64,000 nt of DNA from Solidesulfovibrio sp. DCME (GTDB taxonomy: Bacteria; Desulfobacterota; Desulfovibrionia; Desulfovibrionales; Desulfovibrionaceae): positions 1,311,724 through 1,375,723 of the forward strand of contig NZ_CP188261.1 in assembly GCF_049995385.1 (NCBI RefSeq). The letters run 5' to 3'. The position numbers were made by a program, and so were the translations under genes. Shown here in pieces: positions 8,687 to 16,729 of the stretch. A model generated the notes under the pieces. It saw only the letters and a list, made by a program, of their open reading frames with translations, ran no database searches and was not told the origin of the DNA. The stretch's first letter is position 1. Each line of letters begins with the position of its first letter.

Positions 8687-8765
8687 CTCCTCCCCCTTCA
8701 AGGGGGTCCGGGGGGGATTATCCCCCCCGGCCGCCGGAGGCATCTTCTCTTCTCTTTCCCTCTCC
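8687..8765 (-). repeat. dispersed double-hairpin intergenic element, copy A
   Basis: SL1 is ccccc-ttcaa-ggggg (8692-8706). SL2 is a 10-bp stem at 8708-8730 with loop tta. Then come ccgccggaggc and atcttctcttctctttccc. The element starts about 2 nt after the stop codon at 8768. Confidence 0.8.
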
Positions 8766-8767
8766 CC

Positions 8768-9148
8768 TTATCCCAGCCCGCCGCCGCAGGTGTTGCTGCG
8801 GGAGAAACGCGGCAGGGAGCCGGACAGGAAGGCGGCCACGGCCTCGCCGACGCTGGCCGCCTCGCCGCCGTGGTAGACGGCGATGCCGACCTGCTCGAAG
8901 CCCATGAGCGGGCGCATGCCCATGCCGCCGGCCAGCAGCACGGTGACGCCGTGTTGGGACAGGTGGTTGACCGGGGCCATGCAGCCGCCCTGGACATGGG
9001 GGACGTTTTCCAGGGTGGCGACCTCGGTGATCTGCCCGTCGGCCACGTCCACGACGGTGTAGCAGTCGCAGTGGCCGAAGTGGGCGCCCACGGCGCAGTC
9101 CATGCCGCCGGGCTGGGTGGAGGGAATGGCGATGCGAACGGTTTCCAT
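8768..9148 (-). CDS. NifX/NifB-like (dinitrogenase FeMo-cofactor-binding fold, COG1433) protein
   Basis: METVRIAIPS...AHFGHCDCYTVVDV...VTVLLAGGMG fits the NifX-like fold pattern. AGGAA lies upstream of ATG 9148. An alternative start at 9163 would form an ATGA overlap with the upstream stop. Confidence 0.7.
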   Translation of the reverse strand: METVRIAIPSTQPGGMDCAVGAHFGHCDCYTVVDVADGQITEVATLENVPHVQGGCMAPVNHLSQHGVTVLLAGGMGMRPLMGFEQVGIAVYHGGEAASVGEAVAAFLSGSLPRFSRSNTCGGGLG

Positions 9149-9159
9149 GGTGGTATTCC

Positions 9160-10050
9160 TCATTTCTTGGCCTTGGCGCAACTGTCGGCCAAGGCGTTTG
9201 CGGCCTCCCACAGGCGGGCGATATCGCCGGCCAGGGGACCGCCGTATTCGGGCAGGGTCAGTTTGGCCTTCATGGCCCGGGTGACGTCCGGGGAGTAGGG
9301 CAGGCGGCCCAGGACCGGCCGGCCGGCCTGGCGGCAGGTGGCTTCCAGGCGGGTCGTTTCCTCGGGGTTGAGGTCGGCCTTGTTGACGATCACGCCGGCG
9401 GGCAGCCGGAAATGGTCGCACAGCGTGGCCACGCGTGAAAAGTCGTGGATGCCCGACGGCGTGGGCTCGACCACCAGCACGGCCAGGGTCGCCCCGGACA
9501 GGGCGCTTATGACCGGGCAGGCGATGCCGGGCGCGCCGTCGCAGAGGATGAGCTCATGGCCTTTCCGCTCGGCCAGGTCCCGGGCCTTGCGCTTCAAAAG
9601 CGCCACCAGCCGGCCGGAATTCTCCGCGCCGGGATCGAGCCTGGCGTGAATGAACGGGCCGAAACGGCTTCCCGATACGGCGAAATAGCCGCACACGCGC
9701 GGCGGGAAGGCGATGGCCCGGCGCGGGCACAGGGCCACGCAGGCCTTGCAGCCCTCGCAGCGGCGGGGCTCGATGACCGCCTTGCCGTCGTCACCCATGG
9801 CCACGGCGGCGAAGCGGCAGACGTCCCGGCAGATGCCGCAGCCGTCGCAGTCGCTGGGCTCGACCTGGGCCAGGTTGCCGGAGACGAATTCCTCGGCCGC
9901 CGTATCCCGGGGATCGAGCAGGATGTGCAGGTCCGGAGCGTCCACGTCGAGATCGCAGACGACGGCGTTTCGGGCCAGGGCGGCGAAGGCGGCGGTAACC
10001 GACGTTTTCCCGGCCCCACCCTTGCCGCTTAGAACCACGATCTCACGCAT
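9160..10050 (-). CDS. MinD/CooC-superfamily P-loop ATPase with inserted 2x[4Fe-4S] ferredoxin domain (COG1149-like)
   Basis: Starts MREIVVLSGKGGAGKTS (deviant Walker A). Carries CDGCGICRDVC and CEGCKACVALCP. Overlaps the upstream paralogue by 8 nt. Confidence 0.85.
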   Translation of the reverse strand: MREIVVLSGKGGAGKTSVTAAFAALARNAVVCDLDVDAPDLHILLDPRDTAAEEFVSGNLAQVEPSDCDGCGICRDVCRFAAVAMGDDGKAVIEPRRCEGCKACVALCPRRAIAFPPRVCGYFAVSGSRFGPFIHARLDPGAENSGRLVALLKRKARDLAERKGHELILCDGAPGIACPVISALSGATLAVLVVEPTPSGIHDFSRVATLCDHFRLPAGVIVNKADLNPEETTRLEATCRQAGRPVLGRLPYSPDVTRAMKAKLTLPEYGGPLAGDIARLWEAANALADSCAKAKK

Positions 10051-10933
10051 GGCGGGCCTCCGGGCGCAGGGCGGCCAGTTGACGGGCCAGATCGAGGCAC
10101 AGGGCCCGGCAGGCCGGGGACATCTCCGGCAGGAGCCTCCCCCGGGCATAGCCCTCGGCAATGGCCCGGTCGTCGGGAATGGCGGCCAGCACCGGCAGGT
10201 TTTCCCGCCGGCACAGCGCCTCCAGTTCCGGGCTGGCCTCGCCGGCCTTGTTGACGACCACGGTCAGGGGTTTGCCGAGCGGCGAAAACGCCTCCACGGC
10301 AAGGGCGAAATCGTGGATGCCAAACGGCGTGGGTTCGACCACGAGCACGATGACGTCGGCCGTGGCCACGGCGTTTTGGGCCGGGCAGCTCACGCCCGGG
10401 GGCGCGTCGAGGAGCACGTCGGGCCGGTTTTCTTCCGGCAAGGCGGCGAGCAGGGCGTCCACCCGGGCGGTGACGGCCCGGATCAGCACCGGGCTCATGG
10501 CCTCGCCCACCCGCAGCCGGCCGTTTATGAAGGCGATGGCCCCGGCCGCGCCTTCCTCCACCCTGCCCACCTCCCGGGCTCCCGGGGACATGGCCTCAAC
10601 CGGGCACAGGGCCAGGCAGGCGCCGCAGCCGTGGCACATCTCGTCGAAAACCAGCGGCGTGTCGCCGAGGATGGTCACGGCGCCGAACTGGCAGATTTCC
10701 CGGCAGGCGCCGCAACGGGTGCAGGCCGCGGTATCGATGACCGGGATCTCCAGGTTGGCCACGTGGGCTTCGGCGATGACCGGGCGCAGGAAGAGGTGGA
10801 GGTTGGGTTCCTCCACGTCGAGGTCCACGGCCAGGACGGGCCGGGAGACGGCCTCGGCCCAGACCGAGGCCAGGGCGGCGGACACGGTGGTCTTGCCGGT
10901 GCCGCCCTTGCCGCTGGCGATGGCGATGCGCAC
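10043..10933 (-). CDS. MinD/CooC-superfamily P-loop ATPase with inserted ferredoxin domain (COG1149-like), paralogue
   Basis: GTG start. Carries MRIAIASGKGGTGKTT, CTRCGACREIC and CHGCGACLALCP. Confidence 0.85.
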   Translation of the reverse strand: MRIAIASGKGGTGKTTVSAALASVWAEAVSRPVLAVDLDVEEPNLHLFLRPVIAEAHVANLEIPVIDTAACTRCGACREICQFGAVTILGDTPLVFDEMCHGCGACLALCPVEAMSPGAREVGRVEEGAAGAIAFINGRLRVGEAMSPVLIRAVTARVDALLAALPEENRPDVLLDAPPGVSCPAQNAVATADVIVLVVEPTPFGIHDFALAVEAFSPLGKPLTVVVNKAGEASPELEALCRRENLPVLAAIPDDRAIAEGYARGRLLPEMSPACRALCLDLARQLAALRPEARHA

Positions 10934-10937
10934 GGGC

Positions 10938-11270
10938 CTAGGCCCCCTTGCCTTGGCGGTAGGCGGCCAGGGCCTCGCCGACGGTGCGGCCCTCCATGCC
11001 CTCGACCACGGCCAGGCCCACGGATTTGAGGGCGGCGGCGGCCTTGGGGCCGACCACGCCGGTTAAAAGCACGGTCGCGCCGGCCGCGGCGATGCGCCGG
11101 GCGGTTTCGATGCCCGCGCCGTGGGCCATGGCCTGGGAGGCGCCGTTGTCGAGGTAGCGGGTCGCGCCCGCCGCATCGATCAGCACGAACCCGGCCGCCC
11201 GGCCAAACCGCGCATCCACGGCGTCGTTAAGCGTAGGCCCTTCGCTACTGACAGCAACCACTTCGCTCAT
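10938..11270 (-). CDS. NifX/NifB-like (COG1433) protein
   Basis: Track ORF trimmed to ATG 11270, with GGAGGG 4 nt upstream. ARFGRAAGFVLID...ATVLLTGVVGPKA fits the NifX-like pattern. Confidence 0.7.
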   Translation of the reverse strand: MSEVVAVSSEGPTLNDAVDARFGRAAGFVLIDAAGATRYLDNGASQAMAHGAGIETARRIAAAGATVLLTGVVGPKAAAALKSVGLAVVEGMEGRTVGEALAAYRQGKGA

Positions 11271-11292
11271 ATGTCCCTCCAATGACAATTGC

Positions 11293-11362
11293 TTTTCCCC
11301 GGTGAGGGGGTCCGGGGGGCATCATGCCCCCCGGCCGCCGGAGGCCTTCCCCCCGCGTTTCC
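11293..11362 (-). repeat. dispersed double-hairpin intergenic element, copy B
   Basis: SL1 is cccc-ggtga-gggg (11297-11309). SL2 is ccggggggcat-c-atgccccccgg (11312-11334), followed by ccgccggaggc. The distal tail diverges from copies A and C. It starts about 3 nt after the stop at 11366. Confidence 0.75.
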
Positions 11363-11365
11363 CCG

Positions 11366-11827
11366 CTACATCTTCCCCAGCGCCCCGCCGGCGATCATCC
11401 AGCGGTGCACGGCCTCGCGCACGGCGGCGGCGGCCAGGTAGGCACAGTGGCGGTGGTCGTCGGGGAAACGGCCCACGGCCGCGACGATGGCCGCCTCGTC
11501 GATGTCCACGGCCTCGTCCAGGTTTTTGCCCCGGGCCAGGGCGGCGGCCGTGGCCGCGGCGATCTGGCTGGCGGCGCAGCCGTCGGTATCGAAGTCCGTG
11601 CGGGCGATGGTTTCGCCGGCGACCTCGATGGCGATGGCGATGGTGTCGCCGCAGGAGCCCTTGACCGTGCCCACGGCGGTGGGCTCGGCCAGGCGCGGCC
11701 GGTTGGGGGCCTCGCGCCAGATGGCCAGGCCCTTTTCGCCGAACTGGGCGATAAGGTCGGCGGCCTGTTCCTGCTCGAAGACGTCGAGGATCATGTCCAG
11801 GGGATCGGCGTTGGTCTGGTCGGCCAC
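11366..11827 (-). CDS. IscU/NifU N-terminal-like Fe-S scaffold protein
   Basis: Three scaffold cysteines in GSCGDTI, TDGCAAS and HRHCAYL. GTG start 4 nt after the Mrp stop. An internal Met start is possible. Confidence 0.7.
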   Translation of the reverse strand: MADQTNADPLDMILDVFEQEQAADLIAQFGEKGLAIWREAPNRPRLAEPTAVGTVKGSCGDTIAIAIEVAGETIARTDFDTDGCAASQIAAATAAALARGKNLDEAVDIDEAAIVAAVGRFPDDHRHCAYLAAAAVREAVHRWMIAGGALGKM

Positions 11828-11830
11828 GGC

Positions 11831-12676
11831 TTACCCCTTCGCGGCCGACGGCTTGTCGAGGGCGGCCAGCACGTGGGCGATGACACCCTTGAAGGCCTGG
11901 GCCGAGGGGCTTTTGCCGGCCACGGCCAGGAACACGTCGCCGTCGTCGCCGGAGCGGGCCACTTCGGGGTCGATGGGAATGCGGCCGAGGAAGGGCACGC
12001 CGGCTTCGGCGGCCAGCTTTTCGCCGCCGCCGGTGCTGAAGATGTCGTGGACCGCGCCGCAGCTCGGGCAGGCGAAGCCGCTTAGGTTCTCGACGATGCC
12101 GCAGATGGGGGTGTCAAGCTGGCGGCAGAAGGTGATGGAGCGGCGCACGTCGTCCACGGCCACGTCCTGGGGCGAGGTGACGATGACGGCCGTGGCCTTG
12201 CCGCCGAAGATCTGCAGCACGGACAGGGGTTCGTCGCCGGTGCCCGGGGGGCAGTCCACGACCAGGACGTCGCGCTCGCCCCAGGCGACCTGCTCGGCCA
12301 GCTGCTGGATGACGCCGGCCTTGGCCGGGCCGCGCCAGATGACGGCGTCCTCGGCCCCGGGCAGCAAAAAGCCGATGGACATGACGCCCAGGTTCCAGTG
12401 CCAGTCCACGGGGACCAGCATGTTCTCCGCCATGTCCGGCCGGTTGCCCGCGAGCTTGAGTAGGCGCGGGATGCTCGGGCCGTGGACGTCCACGTCGAGC
12501 AGGCCCACACGCCGGCCCTCCATGGCCAACCCGGCGGCCAGGTTGGCCGCGACCGTGGATTTGCCCACGCCGCCCTTGCCGGACAGGACCACCACCACGG
12601 CCTTGACCTTGTCCAGGCCGGTGACGGGTTTCTTTTTGATCTCGTCGTTTAAGTCACGCAGTCCGTTCTCGTTCAT
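11831..12676 (-). CDS. apbC: Mrp/NBP35/ApbC-family Fe-S cluster carrier ATPase
   Basis: Track ORF 11831..13093 trimmed to ATG 12676 (MNENGL...). Carries the P-loop LSGKGGVGKST and the CPSCG motif. Forms an ATGA overlap with the upstream gene. Confidence 0.85.
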   Translation of the reverse strand: MNENGLRDLNDEIKKKPVTGLDKVKAVVVVLSGKGGVGKSTVAANLAAGLAMEGRRVGLLDVDVHGPSIPRLLKLAGNRPDMAENMLVPVDWHWNLGVMSIGFLLPGAEDAVIWRGPAKAGVIQQLAEQVAWGERDVLVVDCPPGTGDEPLSVLQIFGGKATAVIVTSPQDVAVDDVRRSITFCRQLDTPICGIVENLSGFACPSCGAVHDIFSTGGGEKLAAEAGVPFLGRIPIDPEVARSGDDGDVFLAVAGKSPSAQAFKGVIAHVLAALDKPSAAKG

Positions 12677-13107
12677 GATGATTCGTGCTCCGGGGGTATG
12701 GCGTAAAACCCGGCCTGCCGGCGCAGGCCGCTTGGCGGCCTGGCGCCCGGCGCCAGCAGGGTTTCCAGTCGGTTGGCCCGCAGGGCGGCCAGGACCGTCG
12801 GCACGTCGCCGGCGATCCACGGGGCCACGGCCAGGCCCCGGCGGGTGAAGTGGTTGAGGCAACAGCAGGTGGCGCCGCCGCAGACGAGCAGGGCCACGCC
12901 GCAGCGGGCGAGCAGGGCGGCCAATACGGCCAGCCCGCCTTCCGGCATGGCCCAGTCGGCCTCCTGGACGCAATCGTCCCCGCTCACGCGGAAAAGCCGC
13001 AGGCTGGTGGCCGTCTCGAGCAGGCTGGCCAGGCGTTGGCCGTGGCAGGCCAGGCAGACGCGCGGCACGGGGCGGTTGGTGTGGCGGGGGCATTTCCAGG
13101 GCGGCAT
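12673..13107 (-). CDS. Cys-rich NifX/NifB-like protein (first gene of the island)
   Basis: 144 aa. N-terminal CPRH...CLACHG, then ALLVCGGATCCCLNHF in the position of the NifX-like core. Family assignment is tentative. Confidence 0.5.
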   Translation of the reverse strand: MPPWKCPRHTNRPVPRVCLACHGQRLASLLETATSLRLFRVSGDDCVQEADWAMPEGGLAVLAALLARCGVALLVCGGATCCCLNHFTRRGLAVAPWIAGDVPTVLAALRANRLETLLAPGARPPSGLRRQAGFYAIPPEHESS

Positions 13108-13128
13108 GGCGAAACCTCGCCTGCCTCT

Positions 13129-13158
13129 AAGCAGATTGCGTGCCGAAAATAATTTTTC
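13129..13158 (-). promoter_or_regulatory. sigma54-like -24/-12 match abutting an AT-rich palindrome
   Basis: The minus strand reads CGGCACGCAATCTGCTT (13145-13129), two mismatches to TGGCACG-N4-TTGCW. The near-palindrome gaaaataatttttc lies next to it at 13145-13158. The -12 element is only 24 nt from ATG 13107, which implies a very short leader. Confidence 0.25.
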
Positions 13159-13467
13159 TTTTATGTCGGTAGGTTGGCTGTTCGGTGTTTTGTCTGGCGA
13201 AAGCTGTTGGACGTATTATTCGCCCAATCTGCCAGAGTGGACGATTTTGTCGCCGCTTTTGTCCGTTTGGCCGGGAGGATGGGCCGTCGGTAGGGACAGG
13301 GCGGCAGGAGGCATGCGGTGAGCCCGGGACGGGGTGGGCGCATTTTTCGCCCAACCCAGGCCGTCCGGGAGGCAGGCCCTGGTCATTTTCCGGTGGCCGG
13401 GCTAGGGTACGCCGCGCCGCCCGAGGGCGCATGCCCTGGTCCGCGAGGCTTCGGGGTGGGAGGAGCC

Positions 13468-13848
13468 GTGATCGAAACGTCGTTTTTTCGCCGGGTCATG
13501 CTGGCCGTCTGGATCGTGTCCGTGGCCGCCACGGTCTGGCTGTCCCTGACCCCGCGCCTGGAGTTGCCGCTGGACTTCTGGAACGCCGACAAGCTCTACC
13601 ACGGCCTGACCTACGCCTGGCTCGGGGCCTTGCCGTTGTGGGCCTTTGCCCGGGGTGACCGGGCTCGGGCGGCCGCCTACCTGATGATCATCCTGGGCGG
13701 CCTGTTGGAGTGGGGCCAGTCGTTCGTGCCGGGCCGCTCGGCCAGCATGGGCGACGCCGTGGCCAACGCCCTGGGCGTTTTCGTCGGCATCTGGCTTTCG
13801 GAAGCGATCATGGCCCGCTGCCGGGGTTGCCGGGGGCTGGACCAATAA
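13468..13848 (+). CDS. VanZ-family membrane protein
   Basis: GTG 13468 preceded by GGGAGGAG. Four hydrophobic segments and the ADKLYHGLTY and EWGQSFVPGRSASMGD motifs typical of VanZ-like proteins. Confidence 0.65.
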   Translation: MIETSFFRRVMLAVWIVSVAATVWLSLTPRLELPLDFWNADKLYHGLTYAWLGALPLWAFARGDRARAAAYLMIILGGLLEWGQSFVPGRSASMGDAVANALGVFVGIWLSEAIMARCRGCRGLDQ

Positions 13849-14287
13849 TCCGGGCCGGCCGGGCCTCGCCGCTTTTATAATGCCGGCAAGGCCGGTGTGA
13901 CCGGCCGGCGACTGGCTGGCTTGGCTTGTCCGGCCGCGCTTGCCCCGGGGCTTTGTCGCCCTTCGCACGGCGGGCCGGCCCCTGCACCGCCAGCCTCGGC
14001 GTCGTGGCCACGACCGGCCGCCCACCGCCAGACTTGGCGCCGTGACTACAGCCGGCCGCCCACCGTGGGCCTGGTCGTCGTGGCCACAACCGGCGCCTCC
14101 CTCGAGCCATGTCACTATGGCGGCGGCCGCCCGTCCGCCATGGCCTCACCGCTGGGCAACGGACGTTCCCCTTTCGAATAGTTTTCATTAGATTCACGAA
14201 TAATTCTTTTTTTTCGCTTGCCGCGTTGTCATGACGCCCCGGCTATCGTACGGTGATCCCCAAACCTTTAATTCAGGAGAGGGGACC

Positions 14288-14749
14288 ATGGGGCATGCCG
14301 GCAAACGGGGCGTTCGGATCGTCGCCGTCGTCGGCCTGGTCGCGGTAGGGCTGGGGCTTTTCCTGGCCCTGGGGCCGCCCGGGCTTCTGGCCAAATCCGA
14401 AACGCCCGATTTCTGCGCCTCCTGCCACGTCATGGAGGCCGAGTACGAGGCCTGGTTCCACCACGGCGCCCACAAGCGCATACGGTGCGTGGACTGCCAC
14501 CTGCCCAACGACAACCTGGCCGGGCATTACGTCTGGAAATCCATCGACGGCATGAAGGACGTCTTCGTCTTCCATTCCGGCCGGGTTCCCGACGACATCC
14601 GCATTTCGCAGCACGGCAAGGAGGTCGTTCAGGCCAACTGCATCCGCTGCCATGCCTCGGCCGTGGAGATGATCGATCAGGGGCGCTTCTGCTGGGACTG
14701 CCATCGCCGCGTCATGCACAAGCATGTGGGCGTGCCGCTGACCCGCTGA
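14288..14749 (+). CDS. nrfH: cytochrome c nitrite reductase small subunit NrfH (NapC/NirT tetrahaem)
   Basis: ATG 14288 after AGGAGA. N-terminal TM anchor. Four CxxCH motifs: CASCH, CVDCH, CIRCH, CWDCH. Confidence 0.9.
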   Translation: MGHAGKRGVRIVAVVGLVAVGLGLFLALGPPGLLAKSETPDFCASCHVMEAEYEAWFHHGAHKRIRCVDCHLPNDNLAGHYVWKSIDGMKDVFVFHSGRVPDDIRISQHGKEVVQANCIRCHASAVEMIDQGRFCWDCHRRVMHKHVGVPLTR

Positions 14750-14782
14750 TACGAAACCGGCATAACCGAGAGAGGAAGAGCA

Positions 14783-16249
14783 ATGCGGGGCAAAACCATA
14801 CGCCATGCGGCCCTGGCCGCCATCGTTGCCGCTTTTATCTGCGTCCCCTACGCCTGTTCGCCGCCCAAGCCCGAACCGGTCAAGACCGTGACCATCCCGG
14901 ACGGCGAGATCGACCCGGCCGTGTGGGGCAAGGCCTACCCCGAGGAATACGAGTCCTGGAAGCAGACCGAGGAACCCTCGGCGCCGGGCAAGAGCAAGTA
15001 CAAACGGGGGTTCACCACCGACCGCATCACCTACGACAAGCTGGCCGAATATCCCTACATGGCGCTGCTGTTCAACGGCTGGGGCTTCGGTGTCGAATAC
15101 AACGAGCCGCGTGGCCACGCCTACATGCTGCGCGACCAGTTGGAGGTCGACGCCTCGCGCCTCAAGGCCGGTGGCGTGTGCCTGAGTTGCAAGACGCCCT
15201 ACGCCCCCATGCTCGTCAAGGAGCTGGGGGTCGACTACTACAAGCTGCCCTTTAAGGAAGTGCTCGACAAGATTCCGGAAAAATTCCGGACCCTCGGTGT
15301 GGCCTGCATCGACTGCCACAACAACAAGGACATGGCGCTCAACGTCTCGCGCGGTTTCAGCCTGGTGCCGGCCCTGGAAGGCATGGGCATCGACTGGCAC
15401 AAGCTCACCCGCCAGCAGATGCGTTCCGTGGTCTGCGCCCAGTGCCACGTGACCTATTCCATTCCGAAAAACGCCGACATGCAGTCGGTGGGCCTGTTTT
15501 TCCCTTGGCAGGGCAGCAAGTGGGGCGACATCACCATCGAGAACATCGTCAAGAAGCTGCGCTCCGACGATTCCTTCAAGGAATGGAAGCAGACGGTCAC
15601 CGGGTTCAAGCTGGCGTTTATCCGCCATCCGGAATTCGAGTTTTTCTCCAACAACAGCGTGCACTGGAAGGCCGGCGCCGCTTGCGCCGACTGCCACATG
15701 CCCTACACCAAGGTGGGCGTGCACAAGGTCTCCGACCACCGGGTGACCAGTCCGCTCAAAAACGACATGAAGGCCTGCCTCCAGTGCCACAGCGAGAGCC
15801 CCGAATGGCTCAAGGAGCAGGTCATCACCATCCAGGACCGCACGGTTTCCCTGCAGCTTCGGGCCGGCTACGCCACGGCGGCCACGGCCAAGCTCTTCGA
15901 GGCCGCCCACAAGGCCCAAGCCGACGGCAAGGTCATCGACAAGGCCCTCTACGACAAGGCCAAGGACTTCTACGAAGAGGCCTTCTACCGCTCGCTCTAC
16001 ATCGGCGCGGAAAACTCCGTGGGCTTCCACAACCCCACCGAGGCCATGCGCGTCCTCGGCGACTCCGTCGCCTTTGCCGCCAAGGCCGAGGGGTATTTGC
16101 GCCAGGCCCTGACCAGGGCCGGGGTGGATGTGCCGCTCACCGTTGACCTGGAACTGGCCAAGTACCTGGAAGGCCGGGGCACAAAAAAATTGCCCGGTCG
16201 GCCGGAACTGGAATTCAAGGACCCCATGGGGGTGCAGGACCGCTTTTAG
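14783..16249 (+). CDS. nrfA: ammonia-forming cytochrome c nitrite reductase NrfA (pentahaem)
   Basis: Signal peptide present. The diagnostic CxxCK haem motif CLSCK, plus CIDCH, CAQCH, CADCH and CLQCH. Confidence 0.92.
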   Translation: MRGKTIRHAALAAIVAAFICVPYACSPPKPEPVKTVTIPDGEIDPAVWGKAYPEEYESWKQTEEPSAPGKSKYKRGFTTDRITYDKLAEYPYMALLFNGWGFGVEYNEPRGHAYMLRDQLEVDASRLKAGGVCLSCKTPYAPMLVKELGVDYYKLPFKEVLDKIPEKFRTLGVACIDCHNNKDMALNVSRGFSLVPALEGMGIDWHKLTRQQMRSVVCAQCHVTYSIPKNADMQSVGLFFPWQGSKWGDITIENIVKKLRSDDSFKEWKQTVTGFKLAFIRHPEFEFFSNNSVHWKAGAACADCHMPYTKVGVHKVSDHRVTSPLKNDMKACLQCHSESPEWLKEQVITIQDRTVSLQLRAGYATAATAKLFEAAHKAQADGKVIDKALYDKAKDFYEEAFYRSLYIGAENSVGFHNPTEAMRVLGDSVAFAAKAEGYLRQALTRAGVDVPLTVDLELAKYLEGRGTKKLPGRPELEFKDPMGVQDRF

Positions 16250-16271
16250 TACGGCCTGACGACAAAGCCTG

Positions 16272-16305
16272 GCCGCGCCCTTCCCCGATGCGGGAGGGGC
16301 GCGGC
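16272..16305. terminator. GC-rich hairpin between convergent nrfA and usp
   Basis: gccgcgcccttcccc-gatg-cgggaggggcgcggc forms a stem of about 14 bp. It abuts the usp stop codon. There is no clear T-run. Confidence 0.5.
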
Positions 16306-16724
16306 TAGCGCACCACCACCACCGTGCAGGGCGCGATCTGGACCAGCCTGGTGGAGACGCTGCCGAGCAGGAGCTGTTCCACGTCATCCTTGCCCCGGCT
16401 GCCGATGTAGATGGTGTCGGCGTCCTCTTGGCGGGCGATGCGGGCCACGGTCTCGGCCGGCCGGCCCGGTTCGGCCAGGGTGCGCAAGGTCGCGCCGCGC
16501 TCGGCGGCGTAGGCCTGGGCCTCGGCCAGGACGCGCTTGGGTTCGCGCAGGATGTGGCTGAAGGCCGTCTCGCAGTCCGTGGCCTGGCAGTCGAAAAAGG
16601 ACAGGGCCTCCACCACGGTCACGGCCAGGATGTCCGCCGGCTGGCAATGGGAGGCCTCGATGGCCCGGTCCAGGGCGCGCAGCGACAGCGGGGAACCGTC
16701 CAGACACACGATGAGCGTTTTCAT
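16305..16724 (-). CDS. universal stress protein (UspA family)
   Basis: Track ORF trimmed to ATG 16724 (MKTLIVCLDGS...). The C-terminal IYIGSRGKDDVEQLLLGSVSTRLV matches the Usp ATP-binding motif. Confidence 0.8.
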   Translation of the reverse strand: MKTLIVCLDGSPLSLRALDRAIEASHCQPADILAVTVVEALSFFDCQATDCETAFSHILREPKRVLAEAQAYAAERGATLRTLAEPGRPAETVARIARQEDADTIYIGSRGKDDVEQLLLGSVSTRLVQIAPCTVVVVR

Positions 16725-16729
16725 GTCCG

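Noticed and set aside
8768-13107. NifX/NifB-like, NifU-like and NifH-like (MinD) genes considered as a nitrogen-fixation (nif) cluster.
   Set aside because: No nifH proper, nifDK, nifEN or radical-SAM nifB is present. The ATPases carry ferredoxin inserts typical of COG1149, not NifH. This is treated as a nif-independent island.
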